Positions 57,411-64,000 of a stretch of 64,000 bases of DNA are shown piece by piece. The stretch is from assembly GCA_965230915.1 (NCBI GenBank), contig OZ246395.1, positions 792,935 through 856,934 of the forward strand. Direction: 5' to 3'. The stretch comes from an uncultured Candidatus Saccharibacteria bacterium (lineage in GTDB: Bacteria > Patescibacteriota > WWE3 > 2-01-FULL-39-13). The notes beneath the pieces were generated by a model that had not been told where the DNA came from, did not search any database, and worked only from the letters and a program-made list of their open reading frames with translations. Position 1 is the stretch's first letter. Each line of letters starts with the position of its first letter. The translations under genes were made by a program, and so were the position numbers.

Positions 57411-58532
57411 TTGAGTATGAATGGCTTTGAGGTTGAATTAGGAAAATATTATAGGCAAACCCCTGGAAAGATCATCTTTAACAATGGATCCACGCTGAAT
57501 CAGCTCGCTAATGACATATGGGAAGACCTCGGTTATAAAAATATGGATCCAAGTTCCCTTTCGAGAATACTTAAAGGCGAACGACTTTTTACATTCGAAC
57601 AGCTATCATCATTTTGCAAAATATTAAAACTTACTGATAGCGAATCAAAGCAGCTCCACGAAAAACTAACACTAGAAAAGAATGCCAGACTAAAAATCCC
57701 TATTTTAAAAGATACTCCATATATCGATATTGAGTTCGCGAATAATTATATAAATCAGATACATTCTGTCACGCGTACGGGTAACCCTAAAATTGCAATG
57801 GCCATGTCAGAAAATCTAAACGAGTGGCTTTCACGGAGAATTAATTCCACAGAAACCATTGAATTAATCCTCAAATCAAGCCTCGAAGAATCCATCGCAA
57901 AAAACATCATATTTAAACCAAAAGAATATCTAAAATTCGCAAAGAATAAATCTAACTTCTTATTTAAAATCTCTCATAAAAAGGTTGATAAAAAATATAC
58001 ATCATATATTTATTTTTTACTTGCGATTGCAAATTATATAAATAAAAACCATAAAGCTTCGATTCATAATTATAAAAAGGCTTTAGAATTAATGGAGGAT
58101 CCAAATCTTAGAATCCACTCTCTTAGGGATATCTGTATTGAATACACCAATCTTGGTGAGTTTTCAGAATTCAAAAAGGCTGAGAAGCTTTTATTAGCCG
58201 AAATTGAAAAAGGTCAATTTACAGATATTAATGAAGTTTGCTGTGCATATGAAGGAATCGCAAGATCCGAACGGTTTATGAATGAAAGTAAAGCGACTGC
58301 CTTATTACATAAGGCTAACAAAATTTATGAAGACAAAATAAAAGGGAGTAACAATCTGGAAAGCGTAATTAAAATTCAACTATTAAAATCAGAATCTGAA
58401 ATATACAAAGCGACAAATCCGAATGATAAAAATTTAATAAGAAGGCCTGCACTTCAGGCTCTGGAGGTTTCAAAAGCAAACCAATATGAAAGGTACACTA
58501 AAAACCTAATTGATTTGATTAATTCTATTTAG
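57411..58532 (+). CDS. HTH (XRE-like) plus helical-repeat regulator, RNPP/Rgg-like architecture
   Basis: 373 aa. The N-terminal segment LNQLANDIWEDLG...SRILKGER.FTFEQLSSFCKILKLT resembles HTH_XRE. The rest is predicted helical and TPR-like. Confidence 0.4.
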   Translation: MSMNGFEVELGKYYRQTPGKIIFNNGSTLNQLANDIWEDLGYKNMDPSSLSRILKGERLFTFEQLSSFCKILKLTDSESKQLHEKLTLEKNARLKIPILKDTPYIDIEFANNYINQIHSVTRTGNPKIAMAMSENLNEWLSRRINSTETIELILKSSLEESIAKNIIFKPKEYLKFAKNKSNFLFKISHKKVDKKYTSYIYFLLAIANYINKNHKASIHNYKKALELMEDPNLRIHSLRDICIEYTNLGEFSEFKKAEKLLLAEIEKGQFTDINEVCCAYEGIARSERFMNESKATALLHKANKIYEDKIKGSNNLESVIKIQLLKSESEIYKATNPNDKNLIRRPALQALEVSKANQYERYTKNLIDLINSI

Positions 58533-59349
58533 TTGCTGTTAATAGCAAATTGCATGTTTGTTCTCGAAGATCTCTGTTATTTGATCCCCATATCTGATAG
58601 TCAGCATATATGTCCCTTAAATTATCTACTTCTGGGTATTTTGTAATATCAATATTTTGAAACCCAGATGAATGAAGGCTTAATAAATAAGAATCTATAG
58701 ATATTGGATAATAATTTTCGCGTACTTCGTGTTCCCAATTTTCTAAGTAATAACTTTTATGTATAAATTCAAAAATTGAAGTTAAATTTGAGATGTATCT
58801 ATTATTTCCTGTTCGAAAAAATTCGTGGTCAGGCCGAAGTTTGCAAAAATCTCTGAATAAAATATTTTTAATAGGATTATTAATTGTAAGATAACCCAAA
58901 GTCGAATCATTTTTAAATCCGTCACTTATGACTAAACGACCTCCGGGTTTTAATGTGGAATAAATTCGATTAAATAAAACCCCCATGCTGCCAATTCCAC
59001 AAAAAGAAATTATTTCATGCAAAGTAGAGCACATAACTACATTGTCAAAAGTTTCATATGGAAAATTAAATTGCATTAAATCTTCGTTAACGAATGTTGC
59101 ATTTGGAATTCTTTTATCAACTGCAACCTGAAAAAGCTGTTCAGATAATTCAACTCCGACTAAATCGGTAGCGCTTATACTAGATTGTCTGATTTCTTCG
59201 AATAAAGTTCCCGAGGCCGAGCCTAAATCCAGAACGCTTCCGTCTTGAAGATTTGAAACGATTCGGTCACGAAGATAATCGCGATGTTCTTCTGATTCTA
59301 AATAATCATTTATATAGTGTTGTACTTGGTCTTGTGATCTGCCTTCCAT
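58525..59349 (-). CDS. Class I SAM-dependent methyltransferase
   Basis: Motif I VLDLGSASGTL. Confidence 0.7.
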   Translation of the reverse strand: MEGRSQDQVQHYINDYLESEEHRDYLRDRIVSNLQDGSVLDLGSASGTLFEEIRQSSISATDLVGVELSEQLFQVAVDKRIPNATFVNEDLMQFNFPYETFDNVVMCSTLHEIISFCGIGSMGVLFNRIYSTLKPGGRLVISDGFKNDSTLGYLTINNPIKNILFRDFCKLRPDHEFFRTGNNRYISNLTSIFEFIHKSYYLENWEHEVRENYYPISIDSYLLSLHSSGFQNIDITKYPEVDNLRDIYADYQIWGSNNRDLREQTCNLLLTATK

Positions 59350-59429
59350 ATTGGAATGAAGGATATATTATTCTAAGGGAAAGTCTTTGACAGTCGTGTC
59401 AATAAAAAAGTGTTCCAAGCTCAGTTTTT

Positions 59430-60680
59430 TTAACGCAACAATAAAGTTGCGAGTCCTAAAAATACCAAAAATCCCAGCACATCGGTCGCGGTCGTAATAA
59501 AAATAGTCGCCGACGAAGCGGGATCTTTACCTATAGATTTCATAACAAGAGGAATAAGCGTTCCAAAAAAGGCTGCAACTAATAAATTAGCTATCATAGC
59601 AACTGCCAGCACCAGTCCAATCATAAAATCACGATTGAGAACCATAACAACAGTAAATACTAATAAACCGTTTATTACACCATTTGCCAAGCCCGAAGTT
59701 AGTTCAGCAAGAAGAGGTTTTAGGAAATTTTGAAAGGTAATCTGCTTAAGAGAAATTCCCCTTACCATTACAGCAAGTGTCTGAGTTGCAGCATTTCCAC
59801 CCATGCCGGCCACAATAGGCATATAAACAGCCAAAAGTACATATTTGTCTAAAGTAGACTGAAACAAACCAACTGTAAAAGAGGCTAAAAAGGCTGTTCC
59901 TAAGTTAATAATTAGCCATTTGTATCGTGATTTGAATTTCAGCCGAGCTGGGTCAGTAATGTCTTCCTCATCTCTAATACCGGCAAAATCATAAAGCGAA
60001 GCGCTTTCCTGCTCTTTAAGGACTTTTAAAACATCATCAGAATATATAATTCCGAGCGCATTACTTTTGTCATCGAGTACTACTAATTTGCTATGTGGAT
60101 GGCTACGGAATTTTTCTATGACTTCGTCACTACTAATTCCATGATGAATAGTTTTGATTGGTTTAATATATTTCCCTATTTTTTCGCTAGGTCTTGCAAA
60201 ACCGAGTTCGTATCCCGGAACGTACCCTGCGACTTTACCTTGAGATAACACAACAATCTCGGGAGGTTTTCCTGTTCGCTTTTCATGAAGCTTAAATTTA
60301 TTAGCGATATCTTCTACCGTTTCATCAACATCGACTTGTATATAATTTAGCGACATTAAGCCGCCGGCAGTTTTTTCATCAAACTTTAAGAGAATTTCAA
60401 TTTCACTTTGTATATTTACTGACATTTCTTTAAGGAGTCGTTCTTGGGTTCTAGAATCGAAAAGTTGAAGGACATCAGTAGCGTCATCAGGATCTAAAGC
60501 TTCTAAAAGAGATATAACCTGATCTTTTGGAAGCCCACGCAGAATCTGATATTGTAATGGCTTTCTTAATTGCAAAAAAACTTCAGTACGTTTGTCTTGG
60601 GGAATATTTAAAAAGATTTGGGAACGCTCATCGCGATTTCGACGGAGTGAGCTAACATATTGAGAAATAACATTATCCAT
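59430..60680 (-). CDS. mgtE: Magnesium transporter MgtE
   Basis: 416 aa with an N-domain, tandem CBS domains and a C-terminal 5-TM domain carrying GGNAATQTLAV. Confidence 0.85.
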   Translation of the reverse strand: MDNVISQYVSSLRRNRDERSQIFLNIPQDKRTEVFLQLRKPLQYQILRGLPKDQVISLLEALDPDDATDVLQLFDSRTQERLLKEMSVNIQSEIEILLKFDEKTAGGLMSLNYIQVDVDETVEDIANKFKLHEKRTGKPPEIVVLSQGKVAGYVPGYELGFARPSEKIGKYIKPIKTIHHGISSDEVIEKFRSHPHSKLVVLDDKSNALGIIYSDDVLKVLKEQESASLYDFAGIRDEEDITDPARLKFKSRYKWLIINLGTAFLASFTVGLFQSTLDKYVLLAVYMPIVAGMGGNAATQTLAVMVRGISLKQITFQNFLKPLLAELTSGLANGVINGLLVFTVVMVLNRDFMIGLVLAVAMIANLLVAAFFGTLIPLVMKSIGKDPASSATIFITTATDVLGFLVFLGLATLLLR

Positions 60681-60908
60681 AATTATAGCTTTATCAAAGT
60701 AGTGCTGTAGTTAAAATTTTATCAATTTTTAACAAATAAAACATGTATTAATGTATAGATTAAGCAAATTAGAAAATTGACTAGCGTATCGGCTAAGGCT
60801 CACAAGGTTCTCGTTTCAAGTCTACCGTAAATTATTTTGGGGCAAAATACTTTATGATAAACTGCCTATATAGTCACCAAAACAGATAGCCTCCAACTTA
60901 TTTTTATA

Positions 60909-61298
60909 TTGTTGCTTGTTTCGCTTATTGCGCCCCTACTTTTAATTCCAATAGAAAGAGCCTTAAATTATCCTTATATATTGGAGGAATTAGTTAAAAC
61001 CTTTATTGTTTTTTATGTATTAAAAATACCAACAAAACCGCTACAAACTACAATCGCATTATTATCTGGATTTCTGTTCGCATTTTCCGAAAGCATATTC
61101 TATATATCAAATTCTTTTGGCCAGTGGGATATTTCTAGTTTTGCAATTAGGTTTATACTTCCCACGGCTCTGCATATGGCAACCGTATACATAATTTTAG
61201 TATTCGGAAGAATAAGTTCAAAAATTCTGATTTGCGGATTATTCCTTGCTATCATTATCCATTATGGATATAACTATTTTGTATTATCCACATTATGA
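60909..61298 (+). CDS. Small 4-TM membrane protein
   Basis: 129 aa. It overlaps the downstream gene by 4 nt. Confidence 0.4.
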   Translation: MLLVSLIAPLLLIPIERALNYPYILEELVKTFIVFYVLKIPTKPLQTTIALLSGFLFAFSESIFYISNSFGQWDISSFAIRFILPTALHMATVYIILVFGRISSKILICGLFLAIIIHYGYNYFVLSTL

Positions 61299-62245
61299 TC
61301 AATAAGAAGACACTAATACTTATAGCTTTGCTCGCTACATCGGTCGGTATTAACATTTATCAATATTTCTATTTCCCAAACAAAACCGACAGCGACACAC
61401 CAAAGAATAATAAACCTATTTATAAACTTATCGACCCAATAAACCAACCAATCATAGATTCAAATATTGATAACCAAACTATTATTCTTCATTTTAACGA
61501 ACTAAAGCCACAAGTAGAAAGCGAGATAGAAAAATACAACGAAAAATCCCACACCGGCATTTTTCTACAAGATATAAAAACGGGCGCATGGCTTGGAATC
61601 AATGAACGGGAAGGCTTCTTTCCTGCAAGCCTTCTTAAAGTCCCAATTATGTTAGCTATACTAAAGAAAGTAGATAGAAATGAAATTACCCTAGAAGACA
61701 CAATAATTCTAGAAGAATCTGATATAGACCAAAATGCCGGGGATCTATATGAAATAGGTGTCGGAGCAGAACTAACCGTCTGGGATCTTATAAAAGCTAT
61801 GATACTTTCTTCTGATAACACGGCTAAAAATGCCCTTAAGCGTCAGCTAACAGAGGCGGAGCTAAACGCCGTTTTCACACATGTAGGTATTCCCAATCCA
61901 TACCTACCCGAAAATGATCAAACTGTGACCCCCCGAGGTTATACACGATTACTAAAGAGCATATATTATGCGTCCTTTCTTTCTCCAGAATTATCCGAAA
62001 AAGCTATGGATATTATGACCGACACCGAAATGGAAAACCTCATATCAGCACGTATTCCCTCAGAAGTTCAAGTCGCACACAAGTTTTCTGAAAGACCTGA
62101 TGGACTTGGTGATTGCGGAATAATTTATCATCCTAAAAACCCATATTTGATTTGTATTTTGACTAAAGAGATGGAAGTTCCAAAAGCGAAAGCTCTAATT
62201 AGCAGCCTTTCTGAAATAGTCTACAATTACGTATCTTCCCAGTAG
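61295..62245 (+). CDS. Class A beta-lactamase-like serine hydrolase (membrane-anchored)
   Basis: SxxK (ASLLK) and SDN (SSDNTA) are present. The KTG motif is not canonical. Confidence 0.5.
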   Translation: MINKKTLILIALLATSVGINIYQYFYFPNKTDSDTPKNNKPIYKLIDPINQPIIDSNIDNQTIILHFNELKPQVESEIEKYNEKSHTGIFLQDIKTGAWLGINEREGFFPASLLKVPIMLAILKKVDRNEITLEDTIILEESDIDQNAGDLYEIGVGAELTVWDLIKAMILSSDNTAKNALKRQLTEAELNAVFTHVGIPNPYLPENDQTVTPRGYTRLLKSIYYASFLSPELSEKAMDIMTDTEMENLISARIPSEVQVAHKFSERPDGLGDCGIIYHPKNPYLICILTKEMEVPKAKALISSLSEIVYNYVSSQ

Positions 62246-62247
62246 AA

Positions 62248-63969
62248 TTATTCTGTGGGATTAACGTATTCTTTATAAACCCACCCTTGAACACTATTAG
62301 GCAATAATATTTGAGCCCAATCTCCCTGTTCAAAAATAAGAGGATATTCGGCAGTCACGTACAGCGTTTTTATTATTCTTGAATTTGCGTCACCACTTTC
62401 TCTTATATTTAAACCGGAATCCGAAGGAGGAACAAGCTGAACTTTCTGCATGGTCCCGGAAACACTCTTAAGAGGCGTTACATAGCTCGAAGAAACCCAT
62501 CCTTCGGTTAGGTCTTTAAGAAGAATCTTATACCATCCTGCTTGAACTTCAGAAAACGGATAAGTTTCACCGGGATAAACTTTTGTAATAACATTTCCAC
62601 CTAGTGCGGGCTTATCCCTAACGTTTAGCCATTCAGTAGGAGTCTGCTTAATAAGAAGCAATTTCTGATATTCGGTGTGTGCACCTAAAACAATTGATCT
62701 TTCTTCCGGATCAGTATTTTTTTCAGTTTTGACAATTTCATCTGTAGAATCTTTTGATTCAGTCGACTCCGTAGACTCCCTTAATTCGGCCGAGGCAGTA
62801 GAATCAGACGGTAATGTTTTAGCCATTTCTTGTTCAGTACGTATAATATCTTCTGCTGTCTTTTTGGCTGATTCATTCATTTTTTCAACTTCCATAGCAA
62901 GTTTTTCTTCCGACGTTAATTCTTGAGATTGAGGTGCCTCGTGATCGACAATAATCGAAGAATCCTTTTCATGCGTAAAATAGATCTTCATTATTAAAGC
63001 CGCCCCTGCAATAGACAAAATAGATGTAGAAATAACAAGAATTACCAGTAATGTTTTCTTTGAAACTCCTCTTATACTATTAAAAATTGTGACGAAAGGC
63101 GATAAAACTTTACTAATTATTAATTTGAGAGAACTGATAACAAATACTAATACAGCAGTAAACCTCTTTATTAATCCTGATAGGATAGAGGATATTATAT
63201 GATGAGGCATTGGTGTTGGAATCTCGATTGTTTTTTCAACAAGATTGCTGGCCTGTTTGGACTTACTTGTTTTAACAGTTTTAGCTGTAGAAAGTTTAAG
63301 AACTTTAACTTTCCAAAGTTGATAATAGAATGTCCCAAGGGCACCCATACCAAAAATTAAAACCAAAACGATTCCCCAAGTTGCAAAGGTCTGAATTCCA
63401 CCGACAGATGCTATAAAATTGTTGCTCGCACCGGAATTCATGACAAGGTCTTTCATTCCTAATATATTTGCCTGAACGGCTTTCATATCTTCGACATTCT
63501 CACGATAAGCCATAATATGGTCTTGAGGAGTTGCATTATTGTCTTTCTGTTTTCTTGCAATTTTGTCTAAGCGGGTATTTACATCTGTTTTTAAGGTCAA
63601 GCCTTGTGCAAAATATGGAGTATCCTTTAGACCACTAGACATTTCTTCAGCCTGCTGCTTTAATGATGCAATCTCATCTTCAGAAATCACCCAAATATCT
63701 TTTATCTCAACCGATCTTGAAACCGATTCTCCAACCTGCAATGTAATATCTGCTGTAACATAGTACTGTTCGGTTGTAGTATCGTAATTTAGATCAAGTC
63801 CTCCTAAATCCATAATGTATTCCTGCTTAACTTCTTTAGGCAGAAATGCTTTGAATGGAATCGTTTGCGTAGTTGAGTCAGAAGGATTAACTAGGACGAA
63901 TTTTATTATGACTGAACCCCATTCCATAACAACTTTAACAATCGGCTCGTTAACGGTTTTTTCCAACAA
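62248..63969 (-). CDS. Membrane protein with two C-terminal bacterial SH3 (SH3b) domains
   Basis: 573 aa with central TM segments. The C-terminal GWVSSSYV and GWVYKEYV modules are typical of SH3_3. Confidence 0.5.
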   Translation of the reverse strand: MLEKTVNEPIVKVVMEWGSVIIKFVLVNPSDSTTQTIPFKAFLPKEVKQEYIMDLGGLDLNYDTTTEQYYVTADITLQVGESVSRSVEIKDIWVISEDEIASLKQQAEEMSSGLKDTPYFAQGLTLKTDVNTRLDKIARKQKDNNATPQDHIMAYRENVEDMKAVQANILGMKDLVMNSGASNNFIASVGGIQTFATWGIVLVLIFGMGALGTFYYQLWKVKVLKLSTAKTVKTSKSKQASNLVEKTIEIPTPMPHHIISSILSGLIKRFTAVLVFVISSLKLIISKVLSPFVTIFNSIRGVSKKTLLVILVISTSILSIAGAALIMKIYFTHEKDSSIIVDHEAPQSQELTSEEKLAMEVEKMNESAKKTAEDIIRTEQEMAKTLPSDSTASAELRESTESTESKDSTDEIVKTEKNTDPEERSIVLGAHTEYQKLLLIKQTPTEWLNVRDKPALGGNVITKVYPGETYPFSEVQAGWYKILLKDLTEGWVSSSYVTPLKSVSGTMQKVQLVPPSDSGLNIRESGDANSRIIKTLYVTAEYPLIFEQGDWAQILLPNSVQGWVYKEYVNPTE

Positions 63970-64000
63970 TTGACGATTTATATCCGAGACAGCTTGAAGT

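Noticed and set aside
1-64000. CRISPR arrays, rRNA, tRNA and IS/transposase genes
   Set aside because: I scanned for short regularly spaced direct repeats, for tRNA T-arm signatures (GGTTCGAnTCC) and for transposase- or integrase-like ORFs and found none. The repeats present are imperfect hairpins or coding low-complexity repeats, not repeat-spacer arrays.

Overview
This window is dense coding sequence from a low-GC bacterium (roughly one-third GC on the native backbone). The gene content points to a monoderm, reduced-genome organism, possibly Patescibacteria/CPR-like, but that assignment is an inference only. Recognisable housekeeping genes are a SecD-SecF-MraY operon, ComM/YifB, MltG, PrmC/HemK, RecJ, an archaeal-type AspRS preceded by a candidate T-box leader, endonuclease V, an ABC-F ATPase, MgtE, a CaCA antiporter and a DacA-type carboxypeptidase. 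They sit alongside many small membrane or secreted proteins of unknown function. Two clusters have glycosylation potential: a GT2 DPM-synthase-like gene with a 1232-aa GT-C protein, and three further GT-C/PMT-like membrane proteins. The most striking feature is a ~10 kb block at 18.65-28.95 kb whose genes are much GC-richer than the backbone (by eye) and have GC-rich third codon positions in the C-terminal codons I read out. It carries seven same-strand genes for exported proteins: four paralogous PKD-like proteins, two paralogous Tat-signal proteins and one anchored protein. Each gene is bounded by unusually long composite hairpins. The 640-bp spacer between two of them holds a consensus promoter and a tandem pair of hairpins with an identical loop and covarying stems. 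Smaller high-GC3 patches elsewhere also encode exported or tiny proteins: 32.3-33.0, 45.5-45.9, 46.7-47.6 and 50.0-50.6 kb, plus a GC-rich noncoding-looking stretch at 40.8-41.1 kb with its own promoter and terminator. An 11-mer, ATACCCTATAG (variant ATACTATAGG), recurs in at least eight intergenic regions, usually next to promoter hexamers. I found no CRISPR array, integrase or transposase, rRNA, or obvious tRNA.
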